This document shows, in pieces, positions 1-10,061 of a stretch of 64,000 nt of DNA. Positions within the stretch are counted from its first letter, which is position 1. Every line of letters begins with the position of its first letter. Source of the DNA: Candidatus Magasanikbacteria bacterium CG10_big_fil_rev_8_21_14_0_10_36_32 (GTDB lineage: Bacteria > Patescibacteriota > Patescibacteriia > Magasanikbacterales > GWA2-37-8); the NCBI GenBank assembly GCA_002778465.1, contig PFBV01000003.1, forward strand, positions 87,736-151,735. The letters run 5' to 3'. The notes under the pieces were generated by a model. It worked only from the letters and a program-made list of their open reading frames with translations, was not told where the DNA came from and did not search any database. Both the position numbers and the translations under genes were made by a program.

Positions 1-2824
1 GTCCGCCTTCCGGACCCAATTCAATTACCCAATCACAATTTTTAATAATATCCAAATTATGTTCAATTATCACCACACTATTACCCTTATCCACCAACCT
101 TTCCAAAACCTGTAATAAACGATTAATATCCTCAAAATGCAAACCTGTAGTCGGTTCATCTAAAATATAAAGTGTTTTGCCGGTGGAAGCGCGAGCCAAT
201 TCAGTGGCTAATTTAATACGTTGTGCCTCACCACCGGACAAAGTGGTGGCTGATTGTCCCAATTGAACATAACCTAAGCCAACTTCGCGTAAAATATTTA
301 ATTTAACAGCAATAGGCTGCTGATTAGAAAAAAATTTAAAAGCTTCTTCCACTGTCATATTTAAAACATCGGAAATATTTTTGCCTTGATAATGAACTTC
401 CAAAGCTTCCTGATTATATCGTGAACCATTACAATCATTACAAACCATAAAAACATCGGCTAAAAATTGCATCGGAATTCTGGTATAACCTTCGCCGGCG
501 CAAGCTTCACAACGTCCGCCGCCTTTAACATTAAAACTGAATTTTCCAGCATCATAACCTCTCATTTTGGCTTCCGGCAAACTGGCAAACAAATCTCTGA
601 TTAAAGTAAAAATACCGGTATAAGTGGCAGGATTGGATCGTGGAGTGCGTCCAATCGGAGATTGATCAATGGCAATTACTTTATCAATATTAGTCAATCC
701 GACAATTGATTTATGTTCACCGGGATCTTCTTTGCTGCGATAAAAATGCTTAGATAAAGCCCTGCCTAAAATTTCAATAATTAAAGATGATTTACCGGAA
801 CCGGAAACACCGGTAACACAAACCAATTTGGCTAAAGGAATTTCCACATCTATATTTTTCAGATTAAACGCCTTTGCGCCAATAATTTTTATTTTTTTAT
901 CAGCAACGATTTTGCGTTTTTTATCGGTTTCCTGATTTCTTTTTAAATCACAACCAACCTGTAAACGTCCGGTTAAATATTCACCGGTCAAAGATTGTTT
1001 ATTCTTTTTAATTTCAGGCAAAGTTCCTTTGGCCACTATTTCTCCACCATAAACACCTGCGCCCGGACCGACATCAACCAAATAATCAGCTTCTTTCATA
1101 ATGGCCGCGTCATGTTCAACCACAATAACCGTGTTTCCTAAATCTCTCAAATATTTTAAAGTTTCAATTAATTTTTGATTATCGCGCGGATGCAAACCAA
1201 CCGACGGTTCGTCTAAAATATAAACCACACCGGTTAACCCCGAAGTCAACTGAGTCGCCAAACGAACACGAGTCACCTCACCTCCGGACAACGTATTCAT
1301 TGCTCTATCCACGCTTAAATAACGCAAACCAACTCGTTCCAAATTATCCACTCGTTGGTATAATTCTTTAATAATTGGAATAATTATTGAATCTTTTTTA
1401 TCTGTTTTAATATTTTTACCCAAAATTCCCTTAAAAAATTCCAAACTTTCTTCAATGTCCATAGCCGCAACTTCAGCAATGTTTTTGTTTTTAACCATCA
1501 CTGCTAAAGATTCTTTTTTTAATCGCTTTCCGCCGCATAAACTGCAAACCTGTTCGCGCATATATTGTTCAATCTCCCGACAAACATAATCTGAATCTGT
1601 AGATAAGTGACGCTGGCGCAAATCTTCAATCACACCGACAAAAGTTGTTTTTTTATTCAGTTCAATTTCATAGGTTTCTTTTCCTGTCCCATTTAAAATT
1701 AAATTTACAGTAGTCGACGGCATTTTGTTAATCGGCATATCCATAGAAAAATTATGCCGTTTAGCCACCGCGCTTAAAACTTTTTGATACCAACTTTGAT
1801 TACCTGTAATTCTAGTCCACGGCTGGATTGCTCCTTCAGCCAAAGTCAAACGCGGATTTGGAATAACCAAATCTGGCACTACTTCCATAGTAATACCCAA
1901 ACCGGTACATCGCGGGCAAGCGCCCAATGGGCTGTTAAAACTAAAATTACGAATATCCACCGGCGGCATCATATAACCGCACTTTGGACACAAACCAAAA
2001 GTTGAGAATGTATAAACTTTATCTTTTACCGCCACATGAACCAATCCATTGCTTAAATCCAAAGCTATTTCCACCATCTTGCTCGGATCTTGTTTTTTTA
2101 TATCATCAATAATGCCGGTTATTAAATCAACTTGATAATTTTTTTTCGGATTAAAATCATAATCAACTAAATCGGCAACTTTTACCACATCTCCATCAAT
2201 CCACACTGATTTGAAACCGGATTTTTCAACTTTATCCAACAAATCATCCGGATCAACAATATCGTTTTTAATTAATGGCGACAAAACAAAAATCTGTTTA
2301 TTTTTTCTGGCTAAATCTCTGATTTGTTCTATAATTTCTCCGGATGTATGGCTAACAATTTTTTCATCGCATTCCGGACAAAATCTTTCACCGGCTCTGG
2401 CATACAACAGACGCAAATAATCATAAATTTCCGTTACTGTACCAACGGTTGAACGCGGATTTTGTGTAGAAACACGCTGATCAATGGCAATGGTCGGAGA
2501 TAAACCGTCAATTCCATCAACATCCGGCTTGTCGCGAACTTCCATAAATTGCCGCGCATACGAAGAAAGCGACTCAGCATAACGTCGCTGGCCTTCAGCA
2601 TAAATAGTGTCAAACGCCAAACTTGATTTGCCGGAACCTGACAAACCGGTAATTACTACCAATTTATTCTTGGGAATATCAATATTGACGTTCTTCAGGT
2701 TATGAGCCCTAGCGCCTCTGATTATTATCTTGTCTTTATTTTTTAAATTATTTACTCCAAACCGATTGGAGGAATTTGATGTGGAAGTTACTTGTGATTT
2801 CTTTTTAATTTTTTTTGCCGGCAT
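1..2824 (-). CDS. uvrA: Excinuclease ABC subunit A (UvrA). The C-terminal few residues run off the window start; the start codon is at 2824.
   Basis: Reverse-strand translation reads MPAKKIKK...LVVITGLSGSGKSSLAFDTIYAEGQRRYAESLSSYARQF, and later the ABC signature LSGGEAQRIKLA and TLYILDEPTTGLHFEDI. The frame is open over about 940 codons. The ORF track shows only short spurious plus-strand ORFs here. Confidence 0.9.
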   Translation of the reverse strand, partial: MPAKKIKKKSQVTSTSNSSNRFGVNNLKNKDKIIIRGARAHNLKNVNIDIPKNKLVVITGLSGSGKSSLAFDTIYAEGQRRYAESLSSYARQFMEVRDKPDVDGIDGLSPTIAIDQRVSTQNPRSTVGTVTEIYDYLRLLYARAGERFCPECDEKIVSHTSGEIIEQIRDLARKNKQIFVLSPLIKNDIVDPDDLLDKVEKSGFKSVWIDGDVVKVADLVDYDFNPKKNYQVDLITGIIDDIKKQDPSKMVEIALDLSNGLVHVAVKDKVYTFSTFGLCPKCGYMMPPVDIRNFSFNSPLGACPRCTGLGITMEVVPDLVIPNPRLTLAEGAIQPWTRITGNQSWYQKVLSAVAKRHNFSMDMPINKMPSTTVNLILNGTGKETYEIELNKKTTFVGVIEDLRQRHLSTDSDYVCREIEQYMREQVCSLCGGKRLKKESLAVMVKNKNIAEVAAMDIEESLEFFKGILGKNIKTDKKDSIIIPIIKELYQRVDNLERVGLRYLSVDRAMNTLSGGEVTRVRLATQLTSGLTGVVYILDEPSVGLHPRDNQKLIETLKYLRDLGNTVIVVEHDAAIMKEADYLVDVGPGAGVYGGEIVAKGTLPEIKKNKQSLTGEYLTGRLQVGCDLKRNQETDKKRKIVADKKIKIIGAKAFNLKNIDVEIPLAKLVCVTGVSGSGKSSLIIEILGRALSKHFYRSKEDPGEHKSIVGLTNIDKVIAIDQSPIGRTPRSNPATYTGIFTLIRDLFASLPEAKMRGYDAGKFSFNVKGGGRCEACAGEGYTRIPMQFLADVFMVCNDCNGSRYNQEALEVHYQGKNISDVLNMTVEEAFKFFSNQQPIAVKLNILREVGLGYVQLGQSATTLSGGEAQRIKLATELARASTGKTLYILDEPTTGLHFEDINRLLQVLERLVDKGNSVVIIEHNLDIIKNCDWVIELGPEGG

Positions 2825-2894
2825 AAATTTCAATAAAACAAAAATCTAAAGGCTATTTTGTGATGTTTCATCGTAGCACGGATAGAGAAAAATA

Positions 2895-4589
2895 TCAATA
2901 GCCGGAACATTTAACATCATTTGACGCCGGTGCGTCATTTTCAAGCTGCATTTTTGTCTTAAGTATATTAATTTTTCCGGTTTGTTTTACAGGAATACAA
3001 ACACCCCATTTACCTTCCCATAATTTATTTGCTGACAAATCCCATAACTGACATTCTTTCTCACATACTCCTGGGGTAAGAATTTGATAATTTGGACCGC
3101 AATTCATCAAACCTATACATTCAGAAGCGGAATTACATTCAGCTGTATCAGAACACCAATCACCATCTTCCAAAACACCTCCGACGCATCTATCTTTGTT
3201 ACAATTATCCGATTTACAATCGCTCGCTTTGCCGCAAGGAGAACCATTGAGACCATTGGAACAAAGCGGAACATAAGCGTCTTCAACACATTTCAAACCG
3301 GCGGCGCAATCTGACACATTATAGCATTGTGAACCATTTTTTCCGTCGGAACAAAAACCAATTTCAGTTTTAGCCCAACATTTAAAAGCTGCCGTCACAC
3401 CTTTCATCTTTACACAATGACCTTCAGCGCACTGATTTTTATTTACATCACACATTTCTCCGTTTTGCAATGCTTCCGCTTTAGGCAAACAAACACCATT
3501 ATGATTGGCAAAAAAATCAACAAATTCATCAACCGCATATTCTACAATTCCACTCGCTGTTGAAACTACTATTTTTCCGCAACTGATTGAATCAGCCGAC
3601 GCGTCCGATACTTTATCGCAAGCCCAAACGGCTCCTACAGCAGTAGCGCCCCATTTCAAACCTTTAAATGAAAAAACTTTGGAACCAACATTTTTCAAAA
3701 CAGCGGTTGCGGCTTGACTTTTTGAATAATTAGCCAATTCTTTAGCTGGAATTTTAGTAGCAAAGCTTAAAATTTTAGTTCCGCCTTTACTCAAAACTGT
3801 TTTTGCTCCATTTGCCAATTCTTTTCCGATTGACGCTTCTGCGCCAGCTCCAATTGACGCGGCTCCGCCAACAAATGACACGGAAACTGTTGATATATAT
3901 TCAGCCAGAACAGCGCAAGCTCCTTGTCTGTCTGAATCATAACCGATAGTAAAACAAATATGCTGACCATCTGCTTCGCAAGCGGTTTTTGTTTCACCGC
4001 CACGCGGATCACAGTAATCACCGGCGGCAACTGACAATTCCGGTTCTGCCCGAAGCATCCAAATTTGCGGTAAACGCAAATTAACCAAAGCCGGATTAAT
4101 ACTATTTAAAATATTGTAAGACATAAAAGCGATAAATAATCCTATTACCGCTCCGCCAATTCTCTTTTTTGACTGACCAATCACTTCACTGCTGCCAGCT
4201 GAAGTAATCCACTGAACTCCTGAAACAATAATCATCACCACTGCCAAAACTCCCAAAGCCACCAAAGCATAATTATAAATAGTTTTTATATAATCACCAA
4301 GATTAGCAAAAGAAGATTTTCCGCCAAAAGAAATACTGGTTTTTGTGGCTCGGCCAGCTAAACATTTTCCCCACTCTCCCGTACAAGGTTCTTCTTGAAT
4401 CCAACCGTCGCTGGCTAATAATTCACCAGCCATTTCTTGTCTGGCTTGAACACAATCCTCTTTTTTCCAACATAAATAATTTTCGGACTGTATTATAGAA
4501 GATCCTGTTTGCGCCAAAACTAAGTCAACTGTTAAGGGAAACAAAATAACACTAAACACCAAAAAAAAGAATACTTTTTTAAAATACAT
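2895..4589 (-). CDS. Secreted Cys-rich protein (564 aa). It has a signal peptide, a two-helix membrane hairpin (aa 99-170) resembling a VirB2/TrbC-type T4SS pilin core, an Ala/Gly-rich middle, and C-terminal tandem Cys-rich (EGF-like) modules. It is a paralog of the 61950..63233 protein.
   Basis: N-terminal hydrophobic signal MYFKKVFFFLVFSVILFPLTVDLVLA. The hairpin IYNYALVALGVLAVVMIIVSGVQWITSAGSSEVIGQSKKRIGGAVIGLFIAFMSYNILNSINP is about 50% identical to the equivalent segment of the 61950 gene. The C-terminus has repeated C-x(4-6)-C-x(3-8)-C spacing (for example CGKASDCKSDNCNKDRC). The middle region is GC-rich, which produces spurious internal ORFs. Confidence 0.75.
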   Translation of the reverse strand: MYFKKVFFFLVFSVILFPLTVDLVLAQTGSSIIQSENYLCWKKEDCVQARQEMAGELLASDGWIQEEPCTGEWGKCLAGRATKTSISFGGKSSFANLGDYIKTIYNYALVALGVLAVVMIIVSGVQWITSAGSSEVIGQSKKRIGGAVIGLFIAFMSYNILNSINPALVNLRLPQIWMLRAEPELSVAAGDYCDPRGGETKTACEADGQHICFTIGYDSDRQGACAVLAEYISTVSVSFVGGAASIGAGAEASIGKELANGAKTVLSKGGTKILSFATKIPAKELANYSKSQAATAVLKNVGSKVFSFKGLKWGATAVGAVWACDKVSDASADSISCGKIVVSTASGIVEYAVDEFVDFFANHNGVCLPKAEALQNGEMCDVNKNQCAEGHCVKMKGVTAAFKCWAKTEIGFCSDGKNGSQCYNVSDCAAGLKCVEDAYVPLCSNGLNGSPCGKASDCKSDNCNKDRCVGGVLEDGDWCSDTAECNSASECIGLMNCGPNYQILTPGVCEKECQLWDLSANKLWEGKWGVCIPVKQTGKINILKTKMQLENDAPASNDVKCSGY

Positions 4590-4593
4590 AATA

Positions 4594-5349
4594 TTACAAT
4601 TTAAAATCTTTTAACAATGTTTCCCATGTTGAAAATAACATAGCGCCTTCAATTTTGTTGCCATTAACAAAAAAAGTCGGCGTTCCTTTTTTAATTCCAT
4701 ATTTAACGCCGATTGAATAATCTTTCTTAACTTCAATTTCACCTCGGCGGCTTTGTAAGCAATCTGACATTCTACTTTTATCTAAACCGAATTGATTAAT
4801 CAATACATCAACATCAGTATCGGAAAAATTTTCACCAATCATTTCTTGATTGCTAAAAAACAAATCATGCGCTAACCAAAACGCTCCCTGTTCATTTACA
4901 CAAGAAGCTACCGCGGCCAACCGATTAGTTCCGGGATGAACCGATTCCATTGGAAAATCACGAATAATCCATTTTATTTTATAACCATACTTATTTATCA
5001 ACTTTTGCATCTCGGAATATTGTCCTTTACAAATCGGACACTTAAAATCTATAAATTCAACAATTACAAAACTTGCATTTTGATTTCCCAAAAAAGGATC
5101 ATCATCTGTTTCTAATTCTTGACGTGCCGCTTGAATTTCCGGCGATTCAACTATCTGATTCAACGCCTGTTGATTCATTTGCTGTTCCAAAATATCGCCA
5201 TGTCCGGATTTTATCGCTCTCCAATAATTATATCCGAGCGCGCTTAAGGACAAAATTACAGCCGCCAACAAACAAATGGCCGCTATTATGGTAATACCCC
5301 ACCATGTTTTATACCAAACTTTTAACCCCGTAACAGGTTCCATATTCAA
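4594..5349 (-). CDS. Membrane-anchored DsbA-like thiol:disulfide oxidoreductase (thioredoxin fold, CPIC active site).
   Basis: An N-terminal TM helix is followed by FVIVEFIDFKCPICKGQ, a CxxC motif in DsbA/thioredoxin context. It lies 4 nt upstream of the Cys-rich secreted protein on the same strand. Confidence 0.75.
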   Translation of the reverse strand: MNMEPVTGLKVWYKTWWGITIIAAICLLAAVILSLSALGYNYWRAIKSGHGDILEQQMNQQALNQIVESPEIQAARQELETDDDPFLGNQNASFVIVEFIDFKCPICKGQYSEMQKLINKYGYKIKWIIRDFPMESVHPGTNRLAAVASCVNEQGAFWLAHDLFFSNQEMIGENFSDTDVDVLINQFGLDKSRMSDCLQSRRGEIEVKKDYSIGVKYGIKKGTPTFFVNGNKIEGAMLFSTWETLLKDFKL

Positions 5350-5423
5350 TTAAAATTAGCCAAAAATTCACAAAACTTCAATTGTCAATATTATATCATA
5401 TATATAAGGAACAGACAATCTTG

Positions 5424-5452
5424 TTGACAAAAAACCAAAACGGTGGTACACT
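5424..5452 (+). promoter_or_regulatory. Sigma70-type promoter for secG (TTGACA-18-TACACT).
   Basis: TTGACA at 5424-5429 and tacact at 5447-5452, about 35 nt upstream of the secG ATG. Confidence 0.5.
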
Positions 5453-5485
5453 AATGTCATTGACTTTTATATAGAAAAAGAGATT

Positions 5486-5704
5486 ATGCAAAATAATATT
5501 TTAAATATCATACAATTTGTAATGTCAGCAGTTCTTATTATTGCTATACTTTTACAACAAAAAGGTACCGGTTTAAGTGGTGTTTTTGGTGGCGGCGGAA
5601 ATGTTTACAGTACAAAAAGAGGTATTGATAAAATACTTTTTTATACCACTATTGTGGTATCAATCTTGTTTTTTGGCCTCTCTCTGGCGCGAATTTTCAT
5701 ATAA
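5486..5704 (+). CDS. secG: Preprotein translocase subunit SecG.
   Basis: 72 aa with two TM helices and the characteristic LLQQKGTGLSGVFGGGG motif. Confidence 0.8.
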   Translation: MQNNILNIIQFVMSAVLIIAILLQQKGTGLSGVFGGGGNVYSTKRGIDKILFYTTIVVSILFFGLSLARIFI

Positions 5705-5756
5705 AATGCGTCTTAACGAACACAAGTTCGTTTCACTGTTTTAATTATTTTTCTTC

Positions 5757-7700
5757 ATGAGTTGGAAACAACTTTTTAACAGGTTCGGCCACAAAGAGCC
5801 AAAACCATTAGTTCGAAATTTTGACCGACGGCTTATCAATAATCTCCGGTCTAATTTTTGGCCATCTCTAAATCAATTAAAATATTTAAAAAGATTCTTA
5901 AGCAAAGCGGAAAAAAACATAATTAAAATTTCTTGTGGCATTATTGTTTTGACGATTTTGTTTTGGGGTGGATGGATAATTGCTTCACATCATACGGTTA
6001 TTCCGAAAAATGGCGGTGAATACAGTGAAGCCTTAATTGGACAACCAAAATTGATTAATCCGATTTTTGCCGGAGCAAACGATGTTGATTCTGATATTGT
6101 TCCCCTGCTTTATTCCGGTCTTTTCCGTTTTAACAAAGATCAAAAATTAATTCCTGAATTGGCGGCCAGCTGGTCGGTCAGCAGTGATCAAAAAACTTAT
6201 ACTATTAAACTTCGTCAGGATATCGCTTGGACAGATGAAAAAAAATTAATCGCTGACGATGTTATTTTTACTTTAGAGACAATACAAAATCCAGAAGTTA
6301 ACAGTCCTCTATTTACTTCCTTTCAAGGCATAGCGGCGACAAAAATAAATGACTACGAAATTCAATTCGTTTTAAAAGAACCATTTGTATCCTTTTTAAA
6401 CAGTTTAACATTGGGAATTATACCTGAACATATTTGGGGAGAAATTTTGCCGGCCAATTTACGCTTAGCAAAAGAAAATCTTCAACCAAAAGTAACTTCA
6501 GGCCCGTGGAAATTTTTACGTTTAGTAAAAGACGGTTCTAATATTCAAACTTATGCTTTAGAAAAAAATAATAAATATTTCGGTAATCTGCCATACCTGC
6601 AAAATATCACTTTTAAATTTTATCAGGATTACGCCGAAGCAACTGATGCTCTAAGAGCAAAAGAATTGACGGCGGTCAGTTTTGTGCCACGACATTTACA
6701 AGACAAAATTTCAAGTAAAAATTTAATTATTTATAATCTTCATTTACCACAATATACCGCTTTATTTTTTAATCAAACTCAGCAATCAATTTTAAAAGAT
6801 TTAAGCTTCAGAAAAAATTTAATTCAAGCGATAGATAAAAAATTATTAGTGGCTGAGGCTTTAAATAATAATGCCAATGTAACTGACTCGCCTTTTCTGC
6901 CGGGTTCAATAGGTTACTATCCGGAAATTAAAAAAATAGAATATGATTTGGAAGCGGTTAATCAATCTTTGGATAAAGCGGAATGGAAAAAAATAGACCC
7001 GGAAACCTACTTCAAAATTAGACGAGATATTTTATTTAAAAGTCGTTTAAATGAAATTAAATCTTTACCTGAATTTGCCGCCAATTCCAGTACTTTAACG
7101 GCTGAACTGCAAGAAAAAGTAGATAATACGGTTCGCCAAGAAATGTGGCCAGATCAAACTTTTTATCGTCAAGATAAGAAAGGAAATTTATTAAGTTTGA
7201 CCATTACCACTACTGATATGCCTGAATATCAAAAAGTTGCGGATTCTGTCGCCAGAATGTGGCGAGCAAGCGGAATTCAAACCAACATTCAAACTGTTGC
7301 CGGACGACAAATCAGTCGCGATATTTTAAAAACAAGAAACTATGAAATACTGCTCTACGGAGAAATTTTAGGCGACGATCCGGATCCGTATCCTTTCTGG
7401 CATTCTTCACAAACTAACTATCCCGGTTTAAATTTATCCATGATGGCCGACAGAAATGCCGATAAAATTTTAGAAGAAGCCAGATCAACTAACGACTTGC
7501 AAAAAAGAATTCAATTATATAAACAATTCCAGGATATTTTAGCAAAAGAACTTCCGGCTATTTTTCTATATACTCCAACCTATAACTTCGTAGCGGACAA
7601 AAATTTACAAGGCGTAAAATTGGATAAAATTTTTGTTCCTTCCGATCGCTTCAATGGTTTGAGCGAATGGTATATAAAAACTAAATGGGAATGGAACTAA
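5757..7700 (+). CDS. ABC transporter substrate-binding protein (family 5, peptide/nickel type), membrane-anchored.
   Basis: 647 aa with an N-terminal TM segment. Length and sequence character match SBP_bac_5 oligopeptide-binding proteins. Confidence 0.6.
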   Translation: MSWKQLFNRFGHKEPKPLVRNFDRRLINNLRSNFWPSLNQLKYLKRFLSKAEKNIIKISCGIIVLTILFWGGWIIASHHTVIPKNGGEYSEALIGQPKLINPIFAGANDVDSDIVPLLYSGLFRFNKDQKLIPELAASWSVSSDQKTYTIKLRQDIAWTDEKKLIADDVIFTLETIQNPEVNSPLFTSFQGIAATKINDYEIQFVLKEPFVSFLNSLTLGIIPEHIWGEILPANLRLAKENLQPKVTSGPWKFLRLVKDGSNIQTYALEKNNKYFGNLPYLQNITFKFYQDYAEATDALRAKELTAVSFVPRHLQDKISSKNLIIYNLHLPQYTALFFNQTQQSILKDLSFRKNLIQAIDKKLLVAEALNNNANVTDSPFLPGSIGYYPEIKKIEYDLEAVNQSLDKAEWKKIDPETYFKIRRDILFKSRLNEIKSLPEFAANSSTLTAELQEKVDNTVRQEMWPDQTFYRQDKKGNLLSLTITTTDMPEYQKVADSVARMWRASGIQTNIQTVAGRQISRDILKTRNYEILLYGEILGDDPDPYPFWHSSQTNYPGLNLSMMADRNADKILEEARSTNDLQKRIQLYKQFQDILAKELPAIFLYTPTYNFVADKNLQGVKLDKIFVPSDRFNGLSEWYIKTKWEWN

Positions 7701-7797
7701 ATAAGTTTAAGTTAAAAAATTAAAAGTTTAACGAATTGTAAAATAACAGCCTAAAACTTTTTAATTTAATAACTTTAAAACTTTTTAACTATTACTC

Positions 7798-7880
7798 GCG
7801 GACGTGGCGGAACTTGGTATACGCGTACGTCTCAGAAGCGTATGGAGCAATCCTTGAGGGTTCAAGTCCCTCCGTCCGCA
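7798..7880 (+). tRNA. tRNA-Leu (anticodon CAG) with a long variable arm.
   Basis: Acceptor stem gcggacg/cgtccgc, anticodon loop ctCAGaa, long variable arm, T-arm gaggg-ttcaagt-ccctc, discriminator A. 83 nt in total. Confidence 0.8.
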
Positions 7881-8028
7881 CAATTATTTTTTTAAATTAT
7901 TAAAAATCCAATAATTTAAAATTAAATTTATTTATTTAATTTATCTTCAATTAACAATTTCACAAATTGTTTTTTATCCCGCCACAACGGGATTCCGCTT
8001 AACGCGGCAACTAATCATTATTTAATTT

Positions 8029-9804
8029 ATGAACACAAAAAAACCGTCAGGATCGGGAAATCGTCATTTTTCCAGATCTAAACATCAACCATCAACAACT
8101 ACGCAAAATGCGCGGCAGTCATTCTCACGTTTCCGTTCCGATGATACCAAATTAAAGGTCATTGTTTTGGGAGGGTTAGAAGAAGTCGGACGAAACTGCA
8201 CTTTAATGGAATATAACGGCGACATTATTATTATTGATATGGGACTTCAATTTCCGGAAGAAAATATGCCGGGTATTGATTATATTATTCCCAATATCAG
8301 TTATCTGAAAGGTAAAGAAAAAAATATACGCGGTGTCATCATCACACATGCTCACTATGATCATATTGGAGCTATTCCACATTTAATTACAGATCTCGGT
8401 AATCCGCCAATTTACGCTTTACCGATGACTAACGCTATTATTAAAAAACGTCAAGAAGATTATAAAAACATCCGTCCCCTGAATATCCATAACATCAGTT
8501 TAAAAGATCGTCTAAGACTTGGTAATTTTGAATTAGAATTTTTTCACCTAAATCATAACATTCCTGATACTATGGGCGTGGTTGTAAAAACTCCGGAAGG
8601 TATTATTATTCACACAGGTGATTGGAAATTTGATTATCAACCAGCAGGAGAAGCTTCGGCTGATTTACAAAAAATTGCTCAAATCGGAAGTCAAGGAGTA
8701 TTGGCTTTGATGAGTGATAGTACTAACGCATCACAACCAGGACATCAGATTTCAGAATCAGAAATCGGCACCAACTTGGAAGAAATAATCAGCAAAGCGC
8801 CCGGCCGTATTATTATTGGAACATTCGCTTCCTTATTGGCTCGCATAAAACAAATTATTGAGGTGGCGGAAAAATTAGGCAAAGTAGTGGCTTTAGACGG
8901 TTTTAGCATGAAGAGCAATGTGGAAATCGCTAAAGAATTAGGCTATATGCAATTTAGTCCCAAAACATTAATTGAATTAAAACGAACAAGTGATTATCCT
9001 GACAACAAAGTGGTCATTATTTGTACCGGAGCGCAAGGCGAAAAAAATGCTTCTTTAATGCGTATTGCCAATGGGGAACATCGTTTAATTAAATTAAATT
9101 CAGGAGACACTGTCGTCTTTTCTTCTTCGGTTATTCCGGGTAATGAGCGCACTGTCCAACGACTTAAAGATACTTTATTCAGAAAAGGCGCTGATGTTAT
9201 TCATTATCAAATGATGGATGTTCATGCCGGCGGACACGCTAAAGCTGAAGATGTAAAATTAATGATTCGTCTACTTAATCCAAAGTATTTTATTCCGATT
9301 GAAGGTAACCATTTCTTGTTGCATTACAATGCGCGAACAGCAGTATCTATGGGTTTTCCAAAAGACAATATTTTTATCGCTGACAATGGACAGGTAATGG
9401 AATTTCATCGCGGTATCGGAAAATTAACAAAAAATAAAATCAATGCCGACTATGTATTTGTTGATGGCTTAGGTGTCAGCGACGAAACCAACGTTGTATT
9501 GCGCGATCGGCAAGTCTTAGCCGAAGACGGCATGGTGGTGGTAATTGTTACTGTAGACAGTAAAACTGGAAAATTAATTCAAAATCCGGATATTATTTCA
9601 CGCGGTTTTGTGTTTTTAAAAGAAAATAAAGAATTAATTGAAGACCTTCGTCATCGCATTAAAAAAACAGTTATTGATTCAGATCCGTTATCTTGGGCCG
9701 ATACTAATTTAATCCGCAATAAAATTCGCGATTATGTCGGACAATTTTTATTCAGCAAAACCGAAAAACGCCCAATGGTGTTGCCGGTTGTAATTGAAGT
9801 ATAA
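8029..9804 (+). CDS. rnj: Ribonuclease J (metallo-beta-lactamase / beta-CASP RNase).
   Basis: HAHYDHIGA (HxHxDH) MBL motif, beta-CASP region, 591 aa. Confidence 0.85.
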   Translation: MNTKKPSGSGNRHFSRSKHQPSTTTQNARQSFSRFRSDDTKLKVIVLGGLEEVGRNCTLMEYNGDIIIIDMGLQFPEENMPGIDYIIPNISYLKGKEKNIRGVIITHAHYDHIGAIPHLITDLGNPPIYALPMTNAIIKKRQEDYKNIRPLNIHNISLKDRLRLGNFELEFFHLNHNIPDTMGVVVKTPEGIIIHTGDWKFDYQPAGEASADLQKIAQIGSQGVLALMSDSTNASQPGHQISESEIGTNLEEIISKAPGRIIIGTFASLLARIKQIIEVAEKLGKVVALDGFSMKSNVEIAKELGYMQFSPKTLIELKRTSDYPDNKVVIICTGAQGEKNASLMRIANGEHRLIKLNSGDTVVFSSSVIPGNERTVQRLKDTLFRKGADVIHYQMMDVHAGGHAKAEDVKLMIRLLNPKYFIPIEGNHFLLHYNARTAVSMGFPKDNIFIADNGQVMEFHRGIGKLTKNKINADYVFVDGLGVSDETNVVLRDRQVLAEDGMVVVIVTVDSKTGKLIQNPDIISRGFVFLKENKELIEDLRHRIKKTVIDSDPLSWADTNLIRNKIRDYVGQFLFSKTEKRPMVLPVVIEV

Positions 9805-10015
9805 TATGAAAAAATTATATCGATCATTAAATGATAAAAAGATTTTTGGTGTTTGTGGCGGTTGGGCGGAATATTTTAATATTGATTCCACTTTAATGAG
9901 AATTGGATGGATAATGCTTAGCCTGATTACCGGTTTTTTTCCTGTATTTATCACTTATCTTGTCGCAGCAATTATCACACCAAAAAACAATAATCATCAA
10001 TCACCGGCTTTATAA
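9794..10015 (+). CDS. PspC-domain membrane protein.
   Basis: [33 protein letters not shown] matches the PspC domain, followed by a TM helix. It overlaps the rnj stop by 11 nt. Confidence 0.7.
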   Translation: MKYNMKKLYRSLNDKKIFGVCGGWAEYFNIDSTLMRIGWIMLSLITGFFPVFITYLVAAIITPKNNNHQSPAL

Positions 10016-10030
10016 CTTAGTCAATAAAAA

Positions 10031-10060
10031 ATACCCTCGCAAAAGCGAGGGTATTTTTTA
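10031..10060. terminator. Bidirectional rho-independent terminator (for pspC on the + strand and rnpB on the - strand).
   Basis: ataccctcgc-aaaa-gcgagggtat hairpin flanked by T-runs on both strands. Confidence 0.7.
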
Positions 10061-10061
10061 T

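Noticed and set aside
1784-2420. Plus-strand ORFs 1784..2005 and 2211..2420 from the track.
   Set aside because: They lie antisense inside the well-supported uvrA coding region and their translations are low-complexity. They are spurious.
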